Source of the DNA: Eutreptiella sp. 'Long Island Sound 2002'
Lineage: Eukaryota > Protista > Euglenida
Assembly: GCA_964036045.1 (NCBI GenBank)
Contig: OZ038378.1
Span: 142,848,001-142,912,000, forward strand
Direction: 5' to 3'
DNA: 64,000 bases
Made by a program: the position numbers and the translations under genes. Positions 1 through 11,417 of this stretch are shown here, in pieces; the stretch's first letter is position 1, and each line of letters begins with the position of its first letter. A model generated the notes under the pieces. It worked only from the letters and a program-made list of their open reading frames with translations, had not been told where the DNA came from and searched no databases.

Positions 1-1523
1 CGTAGCTTATACAAGAAGGGGGGGGCGGGGTACGATAGTGGAGCAGCCCAACCAAGAAGTGGACACTATGCTTTGTGGAGAACCATTGGACTAATGGCTG
101 AAATCTCTAAGGCGGGGACATTCAGTCAATCGATACCGACCATTGATCCCCTCAAGTGATTGGGCCAAATTTTGGTCCGCGTCTGCGGTGCAATTTTCCA
201 CGGCATAAGCCGTCTGGCTACTTGTACCCTCCGTATGCTGCTGGTGAGGGGACATGCCATTGCATGCCATGACTAAAGTTGCGGTCTTTCTGCCTTTAAA
301 GACTTTCGGAAAAAGGCTTGGAACCCCCATTGTACGGCACAGTCTGGTGCCTCGTCGCTGTCGGGTAAATGTATTTCTGGACTGGCCCAAAAATTGCCCT
401 CCATTACTTCAGGACTATGGGGGGGGGGGGGGCACCCACCCACCCACCTCCCTCGGACCCCCATCCCCCCCGCTCAAGTGGAACTCTGTGCTTCCCTCCC
501 CGCCTCCTCTTCCCTCGCTCTACGGGCCTCCGCCCGCCACCCTTGTTTTGCATCCCTGCCTTGCCACAATCAACAACACCCCGTCTCCCGTACTGCTGCC
601 CTGCATCCCAAGGACATGGGAGGAGGGGCCAGGGCAGGCACACCGCACACCACCCAGCACACCACCCGTTTAACTCTTACCAGCAGCAGCCACCGGCAAC
701 ACAAGCAGCAATGCACCCCAGGCACAGAGGGACGGGTGATTTGCCGCGGGAGAGGCCTCGGCTACAGCGGGCGTCGGGACAGCATTGATTTGGGACTATT
801 TGGGACCCAATTTGATTCGGTACCAAAAGCAGCCACAGAAGACATGGGGTTGGTGACGACTTTGCCAGTTACATAGGGCCATGGACACATGTTTTGTGAG
901 TGTTTACCCTTTTGAACCCACACACCTCTGATTTTGGGCATATTTGGGCGTTACATCCCCCTTTCTTGCATCAGCACATGTGTGTGGGTAGTTGTATGTG
1001 GTACGCGTAGGCCACGGTCTTGTCGAAGCTACAGTAGGCACAGGGGCCGTATTGATTTGGGCCTGTCCGCAGGCAAGACAAGGAGGGGGGGTTACGTATC
1101 ATTGTTTATATATTGCGTATCTCATTGGTCTGTTGCCCTGCCCCCCATCTGATCATTCACAACAACGACCAAAGGGAAGACAAGACGAACGCCGGCAGCG
1201 GGGGAGATGGACAGACCGCACCGCTCCAAGGGACAGGGTTGCCGCACCACCGTTGGCCCCCACCGTGTGTGGGGCGGGCTGCCCTCCGGATCCACCAGGT
1301 GACCACTGGTACGGGACTCTAGGCGTCTCATTGGGCGAATTGGAGGCTTGGAAACCACAAAAAATGGGGGTTTGCGGTTGAAATTAGTGCCCTCGGAATT
1401 CGGTTTTGAGCCACGTAGCCATGGTATCCGCCCCGTGAACAGCGGCTGTGCAGCCCCAGGGGCCCAGGGGTGTACTGGCAGAGGCTGTTGCAGTGGCCTG
1501 CCCCTGCCTGCGTCGCGCTGCAG

Positions 1524-1630
1524 ATGAAGCCCTGGCCCTGTTCAATGACCAGCGCTTTGACGAAGCAAAGCGCCTGTATGAGCACGCCTTCCAGTTGGAC
1601 CCGTCCTCCTCCGATGTGGCCCTACATTTG
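1524..1630 (+). CDS. TPR gene exon
   Basis: Acceptor ctgcag at 1518-1523 (the true start may lie further upstream); TPR motif [25 protein letters not shown]; donor GTGTGT at 1631, phase 0. Confidence 0.75.
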
Positions 1631-4600
1631 GTGTGTGCTCCCACACTCGTCCACATACCCGATGGGGGTTGGAAGCTTCAAGGGACAGGGCTCACGATGG
1701 GCTGGGCCGGCAGCAGCCTCTGCTGGCTGTTCTTCAATGCGCACTGCGTGCCTTGATACAGACCATGGCTTCCCACTGATTCGGAAACGAATATTTTCGA
1801 AAATTTCCGGATATTTCCGAACTAGAGCTACAGCTGCACATCCCGAACGTTCCGAATATTTCCAAGTATTTTTCCCAACATCAGAAGTCGGGATTTTCCT
1901 GTTTCGGTCTGGTTCACACCCTCTTCCTTTTGATATGTTGTCTTGATCTTGTAGCCCCTTTGCATACATCCATGTCTGCGCCTGCTCCTGCTGAGTTCGC
2001 ATCTGAGCCAGCCCAGCAGGCAACACAATCAGGGAAACAACCATCACAACCGGGAAAGCGCAGCAAACATATGAGAGCAGCCAAACGGGTTGCTCCATTT
2101 CTGGATGATACGGAGGTCCGCAACGACGGCTCTGAGATGTGGTGCAAACGTGGTGGGGTGCATGATGACAACAAGTGTGCCATGAACAAGGGAGGAGCTC
2201 ACTGCGAGCGCCCAGAGGGCACCAGGAATTCCCAGCAAGCATCCAGAGGGCATCAAGAATGAACCGCAAGCCTCCATAAGCCTTTGGGAAGGGCCCCTGT
2301 ACACACCACCCGACACCACCCGGCGATGCCCTGCTGACACCCAGGCCTGCCCAGCCACACCCACACTGACACATCCATATGGCTTTGGTGGGTTCCCCTC
2401 CCGATCAACGCCATGGGGGATGTGTCTGTGATAATGCCGTGGGGGGCTTTTGGAGGTTGTAGGGGCGTGCCCGAAGGGGCCGTGTCTGTGGGGCATGTCT
2501 CGGTGCCCTGCGGCCGGACAGTGCGCGTTGCAGAGGGAGCCCTGGTGTTGTGGGGGGCACTGATGTATTAGAACAGTACACCGCAGGAGGAGGGGGGGGG
2601 TAACCCCCCCCCCCTCCTCCCCTTCCAATGTTTGAGCCTGACAGCCAACATTTTGCTTCGGTGCCTTCGGTGCCAAGAGGATTTATGCTTCAAAAGTTTT
2701 TGGCCCGCCTTCGGCGGGGACCATAGGGGGACCCTGGGAAGGGGGGGGGGTCCCAGCCAAACCCCTCTCCCCCCCCTTCAGACGCCCCCTTCTAATACAT
2801 CCCTGAGGATGGGGGCCTACAGTCATTGTGCCTCATGCACACTGGGAAGCCTACGGGCGTGGCAGTCTCCCCCGGCATCACCTGGTTTCAGACTCAGCTA
2901 CTCCGCACTACCTGTCAGATCCGCTACCACAGCCACTGTGGGTGCCCCTTGGTCAAAGACCCGATCGGTGTAACCAGGGAGTCCGTCGCCCCATGGCTCT
3001 AGCGTAGATGCTCCGGTGCTCTGTTGTTCTCCACCATGGCGGTCTCCTCCATGCTCTGATTGGATTTGCATACCGCCCCGATATTGGGCTGCCAGTGCCA
3101 TCGAAGGACTAGTGACATTGCTTTGAAGTCAGCTCTGACCCTTGATCCCGAGATATTGTCTCGAGTACTGTGAAGTGAGCAGGCTACGCCAGCTCATCTT
3201 GGTCTGACCCCCCAAAAAAAAACATCCCTGGGAATGGGGGCGTTGTTTCACGCACAGGGCAGGATCTCTTTCAGGCAGAAGAACTATTCGGAGTGTTTGG
3301 TGTACATCAAGAAGGCGCTGGCGCTGTCTGTGGGGTCCAGGTGTGTGTCGTCTCGGCTGCTCGAAGGGCTTTGGGCCACGACGACAACGGCGGTGGTGGT
3401 GACGGCGGTGGGGCGTGTGCTGGGCGGCAGTTTTGTGGTGGGGATGGCACTCCGCTGCCCTCGCAGCCCATCCGAGGGCAGGCCGCCGCCATCCCACGGC
3501 GGTGCCTCACCGCAGCTGCGGGGCGTCTGATTGGTTTCCCACGGCACTCGGCAGTGCTCTGCCGGCATTTCCTGGTCCGCTTTGCATCACTTTGCGGTGG
3601 TTCAAGGGGACGACCGCAGCCCCCCCCCCCCCCAACCCGAGGGAAATCCGGGAAGTGGGGGAAGTGGGTCACAGCGACGCACGGGGGTAGCGAACACCGG
3701 GACCCCGCAGCCCGCCGGAGTGGGGGAGAGGGGGGCTGTGGGCCTCCAAGGGCGCACGGGTCCCTGCCGTCACTGTCACGGCGAAGATATGCATGGCCCC
3801 CTCCCGCCGGAGCTCCACGGGGCTCCTTGAGTTGCGCTGCCGAAGGCAATAGAATTTATAACCGGGAACGTCTGGCCGGGCCATTTTTGGTACACATACT
3901 TTTTGGTCCCAGACCCCCCCCCCCCCAGGGATGCATAAGAAGGGAAGGGGCCTCGGAGGCGGCCCCAGAAGTGGGTAGACGGGCGGTTGAAGGGGGTTGC
4001 CAAAGCGGTTGGGGGCGGTTGGGGCCCTCCGTTGCACTGACTGGTTCAGTGTCAGCTTGAGGTATCGACTGGCCCTCGTCGTCCGTATCCTTTCCCACGG
4101 AGCGGCCAATTTGAAGGGATACATACAGATGATCGTATGGTTGAGGCCAGATCTCATCATGGGAGAACGTGTACTATTGGTTACAAATGTCCTTTGAAGC
4201 TGGCACTTGGCCGCCAACCCCTGACCCCCGACCTGGCCTGGGCTGAATGTTGTGTTGGCGCGGACCCCCCCCCCCCGGCCCCCAGACCAAAGTGACCATT
4301 GTGAGAAAACACGAGATTTACCATCGGGAAAATCTGATCAGGCCATTTTTGGTACACACACACTTCTCAGACCCCCCCCCCCCGGGCCACTCAAAAGACG
4401 CCTGCCCCTGGGCCCCCCCGATGACTGCCGGAGGGGGGGGGGGGGGCTCTGGCTGGCGCGGACTGCCCAGGCCCGAGCATCGCCCCCTCGATAAGGCACA
4501 GGCATGCGGGCGGCGCTGGAGGACGCCCCAACAGCCCCCCCCCCCCCCCCCCAAAGGCCATGGCACTGGATGGGCCATGCCTGGTCATGCGCGGGGGGGG

Positions 4601-5898
4601 AGTGGTGGTCAGACACAGGCCTCGTGCCCCAATTCCACTGCCCCCCCCCCCCCCACCCACAACCAACACACGTTCGGACCCACAGAGGGTCAGAATGAGC
4701 AGTGGTGAGGGGCCAATAGGCGCCGCCAAAGGCACACAATCAGATACCGAGGCCTTGTGCCAAATCCCCCCCCCCCCTCTACCCCGCCCCTGGGCCCCGA
4801 TTGCTTCCGAGTCTGCCTCCGGAGCTTTGGCATGAGGGCCTGCGTTGTGTGGCATTGGCGGGGGGGGGGGGGGATCAGCGCCTCAGACTTGACTCAGGCA
4901 TCGATGCCGCAGCCCTGGCCCTCAAAGTTCATGTTCGGCCCACCAACCGCCCTCACTTCACTGCCACCCGCCGCCAGTGACAGCCCACGGGGGGTCCAGC
5001 TCTGCAGTTTTCGGTGGAGCAGAGCCGCATAGTCCACGGGCCCCACCCGTCGTGGAGCCCCCAGCGCACTGCACCGCGGGGGCACTCGGCGGGTGCGTGC
5101 GCGCGCGTGTGTGTGTGTGTCGCACACCCCCAACTGCCCCAAGGCCCCGTGCCCGGACCCCAAACCCTTCCCCAGCCCCCACTGCCCCTCGGACTGCAGT
5201 GCCCCCCCTTGGGGCAGTGTGTGAGGCATGGCCCTCCAATTGCCGCTGCCCATTGCCCTTGTTGCAGTGCGCCGGAGACGTACAATTACTTGGGGGAGTG
5301 TCTGTATTATACAGGTACCCTGCCGACCCCGTGTGGGGGGGTTGGGGGGCACTGGGGCGTGTGGAGCGTGTGGGCGTTGGGGCGGTCGAGGGGGCGGGTG
5401 TGGTGCGGGGGAGGGGTCGTGGTGAAGGATGTGGTCGCGGTTCGGGGGGGCGTGGGTCCCGTCCTTCATCCACTCACGCAGTCAAAAGCATTTCTTGGTC
5501 CGCAGGGCAGTTCTGGCAGGCTCTGCAGGCCTTCGTGCTGGCCGTGTCGATGGACCCCAAGTATGCGCCCCCCGCGGGCCCTGCAGCCGCTGTGCCGTCA
5601 CGGCAGTCTGTGTCGTGAGGCTGTCCACACACGTGCGCACCGTGTGGGCAATGCGTCCGCCTCTGGGGCGGCTATGTCACACCGGGACCCGCCCTGTGTA
5701 GGGGACGTTGTTGCAGCTGCAGGGGATGTTTGGTGTTGGGAGGCATGGGAAGGAGAGGTCGTGGAGGGAGGTGGGTTGGGTGTGCGAGACGGGAGGCGGC
5801 TGTCCGGGAGGGATGTGTTGGAGGAAGTAGGGTAGACATAATGCATCAGAGAGAGAGAGAGAGAGGGAGAGAGAGAGAGAGAGACAGACTGAGAGAGA

Positions 5899-5984
<86 letters not shown>

Positions 5985-8900
5985 CAGTTGGGCGATGGTT
6001 GGGGGGTAACGGACGTCGGTTGGGGGGTGACCGACGGCGGTTGGAGGGTTACCAACGGCGGTTGAGGGTAATCCACGGCGGTTGGGGCAGCCGACGGCGG
6101 TTGGGGGGTCACCGACGGCGGTTGGGGGTAAGTGACGGCGGTTGGAGAGTTACTGACGGCGGTTGGGGGGTAACCGACGGCGGTTGGGGGTAAGTGACGG
6201 CGGTTGGAGAGTTACTGACGGCGGTTGGGGGGTCACCGACGGCGGTTGGGGGTAAGTGACGGCGGTTGGAGAGTTACTGACGGCGGTTGGGGGGTAACCG
6301 ACGGCGGTTGGGGGGTGACCGACGGCGGCTGCCTTGGCGGGTAGCCGACGGCAGCTGGTGCGTCCCGGATGGCGGTGGGGGGGGGCGGGGTGGCTGCGAG
6401 CATTCTATATTGGTAGTGTGACGGGGGGGTGTCCCCCTCTTCCCCCCCCCCCCCCATTATGGACAGCACTGGGCTCTGCACGAAGGGAATTGTCAGAGCA
6501 GGCCAACGTACGGCGGGGGTGCGACGTGTTGGGGAGGAAGCGCCGAAAGGAGGTGGGTGTGTGTGGGATGGGTGGTGCTGGATGGGGGGGTGGATTGGGT
6601 GGAGGTGCATGGAAGGGAAGTCTGTGAGGGAGGTGACATGCCACTGGCGTCTGGCATGGAAACAGGTTCTCAGTAGGAATCGGCCCCGTACCAAAGGCCA
6701 CTCAGTAATAACCGCCCCCCTGCACCACCGGAACTCAGTATGAACGTGCTGCGTCCGGCGTGTGCCTCAGTAGGACCCTGCCCCATCCGATCATGTCTGT
6801 GCTGGCAGACGCTAGTGGCACTACTGGTGTGGGCGGCAGGTGTGGGGCTAGTGGGGGTGCATGTTCCGGGTGTAAGGCCGGGAGGGGAGGGGGGGTGGCG
6901 TCAGGACGGTGTGGAGAGTGTGAGGGATGCCCAGGCTGGACCCCCCGATACGCTGGCGCCTGGGGTCCGTCCGTGGGATGAAGTGTGCGTCTGCAGTCGG
7001 TGGGTGTGCTGGTGTCGGTGGTGCCTGTCGGAGGTATCCGGGTCCAGGGCCTGCGCCTCTTTTGCAGCGTGACCCAGTACCATGTCTGCATTTCGGACTG
7101 CTGGTATCAGTTGGCGGAGTGCGAGAAGGCCCAGCAGCTGCGGCAGCAGCTCCTCGAGATATCCACGGCTAAGTCATGGCCGCGGCAGACCGCCGGCCCC
7201 CCCAGTGCAAGTGTGTGTGCAGAGGTCGGCCAGGACCGGGTCAGTGAGGGAGGTATGGGCCAGACATGCCACTCGCGTCTGGCAGGGAAACGTGTTCTCA
7301 GTAGGAATCGGCCCCGTAGCAACGGCCACTCAGTAATACCCGCCCCCCGCACCACCAGAACTCAGTAGGAACGTGCTGCGTCCAGCGTGTGGCTCAGTAG
7401 GACCCTGCCCCATCCGATCATGTCTGTGCTGGCAGACGCTAGTGGCAAGTCTGGCGTTCTGAATCCAGGGATTGCCTCTTGCTGCCCTGCAGGCCTGTGC
7501 CGGATCCCTACCCCAGGGTGAAGGGGTGCAGGGGGGGAGGTCCCGAGAAACCCTTTTCCTGATGTGGAGGGGTTGGTCGGATGGGGAGGCTGAACTGAAC
7601 CCCCCCGAATGGGGCCTTTGCAAACAGTACTGTGTGTGTCTGGGTCGCTGTTGGGGCTCCCTTGCAGAGACAGTGGCAGCCGTGGCGGATGCAGGACGCC
7701 GGACCTTTCTGCGGCATCCACCGTGACTGTTACGATGGCCATTCTGCGACCCGCTGCGAAGTTTCCACAGCGAAAGTTACCCCGCAACAAGGCCTTGGCG
7801 GACCCCGGCAGGTCCTTTGGTGCAGCAGACTTCATATCACTGCAGTCCTGCGATGGCCCTCCACCTTCTTGCAGCCTCCTGCAGTGCCATCTCGTCCGTG
7901 CCAACACAACATTCAGCCCAGGCCGGGTCGGGGGTTAGGGGTCCGGGGCCAAGTGTCAGCTTCAAATGGCATTTGTAACCGACAGTAACCGCCCCCAACC
8001 GCTTTGGCAACCTCCTCCAACCGCCTGTCTAACCGCTTCTGGGGCCGCCTCTGAGGCCCCTTCCCTTCTAATGCATCCCTGGGAGGCGTACACATGCCAC
8101 TGCCATCGCCAGTTCCCTCTGCTCTTCTTCCCCCCGCCCCGTCCCTCCCTCCTTCCACTTCGCAGCCGCCACGGATGTTGACCCGGTACAGAAGTACCAC
8201 CTGTCCATCCACAACATGCAGCAGGCAGCCCTGCGGGACCCCACCAACTTCCGCTGGCAGTCTTTGTTGGGCATGATCTATGGCAAGACGACGCAGGACA
8301 AAGAGAACCAGCTCCGCAGTTATGAGCGGTGTGGCATGGCAGAGGGACAGGGATCATGAAAGGAAGGCAGTGGAAGGGGGGCCATGTCCACGTGGGCAAA
8401 GAGAGGGGAACCGTGTGGCACAGGGACGGGGCCAGTGTGCGGATGGGGGGGGGGGGTCAGTTTGCTGATGGGGGGGGAGGGTAATGTGCGGATGGGGGGT
8501 TGATAGTGTGCAGAGGGGGGGGGAGGGAGGGATTGGTTCTTTGTGCTCGTGGCTGTGGCACCGTGGCCGACCACCACCATCACGGAGCTCTGGCCATGGG
8601 GGGCCTTCGCGTTGAGGCACAGGCCCCTCTCACCGTGTGGCCCTGTGCGGTGAGGCACGGGGGCATTGCAATGGGAGTGGAGCCCCGGGCACCGCGGCGC
8701 ACGTGCGTGAGGCCTTGCGCTGCGAGGCGCATGGGCGTGGCACGTGGAGTGGGGGACCGACATGGCGCTCGGTGGGCGGAGGCACAGGGGCACTGCAGCC
8801 GTCGGGGCCCGGTGCAGTGTGGCACAAGGGCCTCCCACGCGGCACGGGGCCCTCGGCACTGGGACACGGGGGGCGGGACGGGGCGTTGCACACGGGGGCA

Positions 8901-11417
8901 GTGGGGCATTGCAAGGGACGTGGGACTGGGGGCAGAGTTTTGCTTCACAACTCAGCATCTCCCCCCGCCCCGCCCCCCCCCCCTCTGGAACCCGGATTTC
9001 ATGGGGGGGGGATGGATCTTTCTGAGTGTCTATTTTTTTTCGACTCTGGTGAAAGGCGCCCAGGACAGGGCGGTCCTTAAGGGACGAGATTTTTTTTTGT
9101 TAAGGACCGCCCTTAAAGACCGTTCCTAGAGGCCTTTTTGCGCTGGCCCAACGTGGGCCATATCTATCCCCCCTTTTTGGGGATCTCCGAGAAAGCAGGG
9201 GTTACGTAGCAATTCCGCCCTCTTTTGGGAACACCTGGGTGAAGACATGTAATGTCCGCGGGCTCTTTTGAAAAAACAATTTTCTGGAACAATTTGTTTT
9301 TTTGCGTTAAGGACCGCCCTGGCCTAGGACTGGCCATTCCGGTTCGTGATCAGCCTTGATCTCTTTTTTTTTGGCTGTGCATGCTGTTGCTTGCGCAATT
9401 CTCTTGGACGCAATCACCACGTGACACACCCACGTGTCACCGCACAGGGGATGGAATTTGGTGAAAGGAAATATTGATTTGGGCTGTTGCTGGTCCACAA
9501 AGTTTCGGACTTTGGGTTCCAGACCCCCCCACCCCCACCCCCTCCCCCCCTGAAGCACAACTCTGACCGGGGGTGATGCCCTGTGCACGAGGTGCAGGGG
9601 GACTGCCACGGGCGTTGTGCCCTGCGCACTGTCATATGGTGTCTGACGCTTGGGAGTGGGGCCCTGTGCACTGAGGCCCAGGCCCAAATGTGTGGTGTGC
9701 GGCCCTTTGCAGTCAGGCACAGGGGGCATTACTTGGGGTGCAGGGCCCTGTGCGCTGAGGAATTGGGGCCTGGCACAGGAAGTAGGCCCGGTGCGCACCG
9801 GGCCCCAGGCCTATTGTAACCCTGTGCCTCGGCGCACTGGGCCCCACTTTATGCGTCAGGCCCCCTGGTCGGTGGTGGTTGGCGGCGGGTTGCGGGTGGC
9901 GGTTGGCGGTGGGTGGCGGTGGGTGGCGGTGGGTAGCGGGTGGCGGTTGGTGTTTGGTGGCGGCGGGTGCAGGCGGCGGGTGGCTGGTGGTAGGTGGCGG
10001 GTGGCGGTTGGCGGTTGGTGGCGGTTGGCAGTTGGCAATTGGCGGTTGGCGATTCGTGGTCCGTGGGGGCTGTCCTTGAAAAAAAAAATGGAGTCCTTAA
10101 GGACGGCCCTAACATATGGGCGACGTGGCTACATAACCCTTGTCATCCCCGAAGTGCGTGCCTCAGTGCGCAGACGTCGAGGCCGGAAGGTCTGCGCTGG
10201 CCCATGTGTGACCTGGCCCCAGTCCCTACCACCTCCGCGCGGTCATGTCTCGCAGGGCGTTGACGCTGGCCCCTGAAGCGGAGGCCTTCGCCATCCAAGT
10301 GCAGCTCGGGGTGCTGTACGCCCTCAAGGGCAAATACGCAGCGGTTTGTCCGTAGAGGCGTGGGTGTACAGTGCCGCCCTGACCTTGGCCCACACCAGGG
10401 CCTTTGGGTGGGGGCAGCAGGGGCAGGCAGAGGTACCGCAATGGTCCTTTTGGGGGAGGGACGGTGGCGGCCGGGGGCTGCCTGAGGGGGCGTGCTGGAG
10501 GGCGCACGGGGGGTGTACTGCAGGGGCTCTTGGAATGGGAGCGGTGGGTCACATCCTGGGGCACTGTTGGTGTTGGGGGGGGGGACCTCGGATCTGGAGG
10601 TTGCCATCGGGGATACTGCACGGGCTTTGAGGGGAGGGTGGAGCTGCAGGTTGCTTGAAGGTGCATTGCCCAGGCCCTTGCTTCCTGCCTGTCCCTTGCT
10701 TGCTGCCTCTGGCTTGCTCTCGCTGCCTACGCGGAGCTTTGCGCTGCTTGCGGGTGCTGCTTGCTTGGGGTGTGGTGCTTGCAGTGTGCTTGCACGTGCA
10801 TTTGCTGCGAGGGGCTGGCTATGGCTGTTGGGGCCGGATCGCGTGTGTTTCACTGCGGCTTATGCCCGCAATCGCTCAAATACCGACTGGCCTTCCAGCG
10901 ATGACCACACATGTGCACGGGCATTGTTCAAAACGGCGGCCGCGTTGTCCGCCGCCCCCGTCCCTGCCCTGGGGATGTCAAGGAGTCACTTGTTTGCAGG
11001 AAACGGGTGATTCCCTGCACTCGGGTCAGGCCCAGGCATTTGCTTCGGGGGGGTGCGGGCGACCCCCTCCCCTGGGCCGTGGGTTGGAGCAGGGGCCAGC
11101 CCCGCAGGTCAGTCCACTGAGTGAGACTGGGCGCCACCCATAGGGCCACTGCGTAGGACCCAGCCCTATCCTTAAGGCGACCCTCTAAGAACCCCCCCTG
11201 ACCCCCTAGCCCCCTGCACTAAGCAAAGCACGGATTCTCACGTCCCGCCTGCCCCTGGGAGTAGGTGTCTTCTTGGGTGGTCTGATCTTCGTTCGCCAGG
11301 CCCCCCACACCCCCACCGCCGCCGGGCCCACAGTGGCTGAGTGCCGCATTGTCCTGTGTGCAGTCGCGAAAGATGCTGACAGAGGCGCTGGAGCTGGAGC
11401 GGGGCCTCCAGAACAGG
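1524..11417 (+). CDS. Spliced TPR-repeat protein gene (partial at both ends)
   Basis: Manual splicing at GT-AG sites with matching phases gives continuous TPR-like helices: [35 protein letters not shown]|[23 protein letters not shown]...[19 protein letters not shown]|[29 protein letters not shown]...[32 protein letters not shown]...SYER|[29 protein letters not shown]|[12 protein letters not shown]. Confidence 0.85.
1972..2262 (+). pseudogene. Intronic ORF remnant, possibly the Zn-finger N-terminus of a DNA transposase
   Basis: ...[32 protein letters not shown]...[19 protein letters not shown] has protein-like composition with a decayed W-C-x2-(C)...H pattern; no catalytic domain seen. Confidence 0.2.
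2562..2801. mobile_element. MITE-like element with 12-bp terminal inverted repeats
   Basis: GATGTATTAGAA at 2562-2573 and its exact reverse complement TTCTAATACATC at 2790-2801; internal hairpin GGAGGA-G9/TAA/C11-TCCTCC at 2586-2620; non-coding; no clear TSD. Confidence 0.55.
3258..3340 (+). CDS. TPR gene exon
   Basis: cgcacag|GGC, phase 0 matches the previous exon; encodes [27 protein letters not shown]; donor AG|GTGTGT. Confidence 0.85.
3928..4235 (+). repeat. Dispersed repeat (GGGATGCATAAGAAGGG... family) split by a ~160-bp insert
   Basis: Matches the reverse complement of 7930-8080; here the element is interrupted between ...GGGGGCGGTT (4020) and GGTTACAAATG (4180). Confidence 0.65.
4887..5031 (+). 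CDS. Tentative linking micro-exons of the TPR gene (4887-4926 and possibly 5008-5031)
   Basis: cctcag|A CTT GAC TCA GGC ATC GAT GCC GCA GCC CTG GCC CTC AAA|gt fits the phase 2 left by exon 3258-3340 ([14 protein letters not shown]). How it joins the next exon is ambiguous. Confidence 0.35.
5506..5560 (+). CDS. TPR gene exon
   Basis: Acceptor ccgcag at 5505 (alternative AG at 5510); encodes [18 protein letters not shown]; donor AA|GTATGC at 5561, phase 2. Confidence 0.8.
5848..5979. repeat. (GA)n microsatellite
   Basis: About 130 bp of nearly pure AG dinucleotide. Confidence 0.95.
5990..6330. repeat. ~21-bp minisatellite (GACGGCGGTTGGRGGGTWACY)
   Basis: Tandem units such as gacggcggttggggggtaacc and gacggcggttggagagttact. 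Confidence 0.85.
6637..7447 (+). repeat. ~180-bp direct repeats (6637-6820 and 7265-7447) flanking exon 7068-7172
   Basis: catgccact(g/c)gcgtctggca...ccatccgatcatgtctgtgctggcagacgctagtggca occurs on both sides of the exon; internal CTCAGTA motif at 6669, 6701, 6734 and 6766. Confidence 0.85.
7068..7172 (+). CDS. TPR gene exon
   Basis: tttgcag|C completes AAC (phase 2); encodes [34 protein letters not shown]; donor AA|GTCATG. Confidence 0.85.
   Translation, partial: RDPVPCLHFGLLVSVGGVREGPAAAAAAPRDIHG
7846..7883 (+). CDS. TPR gene micro-exon (38 bp)
   Basis: ctgcag|T CCT GCG ATG GCC CTC CAC CTT CTT GCA GCC TCC TGC A|gt bridges phase 2 to the phase 1 required by the next exon ([13 protein letters not shown]). 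Confidence 0.6.
7930..8080 (-). repeat. Second, uninterrupted copy of the same dispersed repeat, inverted
   Basis: Reverse complement reads GGGATGCATTAGAAGGGAAGGGGCCTCAGAGGCGGCCCCAGAAGCGGTTAGACAGGCGGTTGGAGGAGGTTGCCAAAGCGGTTGGGGGCGGTTACTGTCGGTTACAAATGCC... Confidence 0.7.
8166..8328 (+). CDS. TPR gene exon
   Basis: Pyrimidine tract plus cgcag acceptor; encodes [53 protein letters not shown]; donor CG|GTGTGG. Confidence 0.85.
9067..9113. repeat. Perfect 14-bp inverted repeat (hairpin)
   Basis: AGGGCGGTCCTTAA at 9067-9080 pairs with TTAAGGACCGCCCT at 9100-9113; the arm recurs near 9307 and in degenerate form near 10097. Confidence 0.8.
9875..10050. repeat. GGCGGTT/GGCGGTG heptamer simple repeat
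   Basis: Tandem ggcggttggcggtgggtggcggt... tract. Confidence 0.85.
10256..10343 (+). CDS. TPR gene exon
   Basis: ctcgcag|G completes CGG (phase 2); encodes [29 protein letters not shown]; donor GTTTGT, phase 0. Confidence 0.85.
11364..11417 (+). CDS. TPR gene exon (last one recognised)
   Basis: gtgcag|TCG, phase 0; encodes [18 protein letters not shown]; strong donor GTATGT at 11418. Confidence 0.8.

Noticed and set aside
91-11400. Long Pro/Gly/Arg-rich ORFs in the track across the introns
   Set aside because: They arise from GC-rich repeats and poly-G/C tracts with few stops; there is no domain signal outside the spliced TPR exons.
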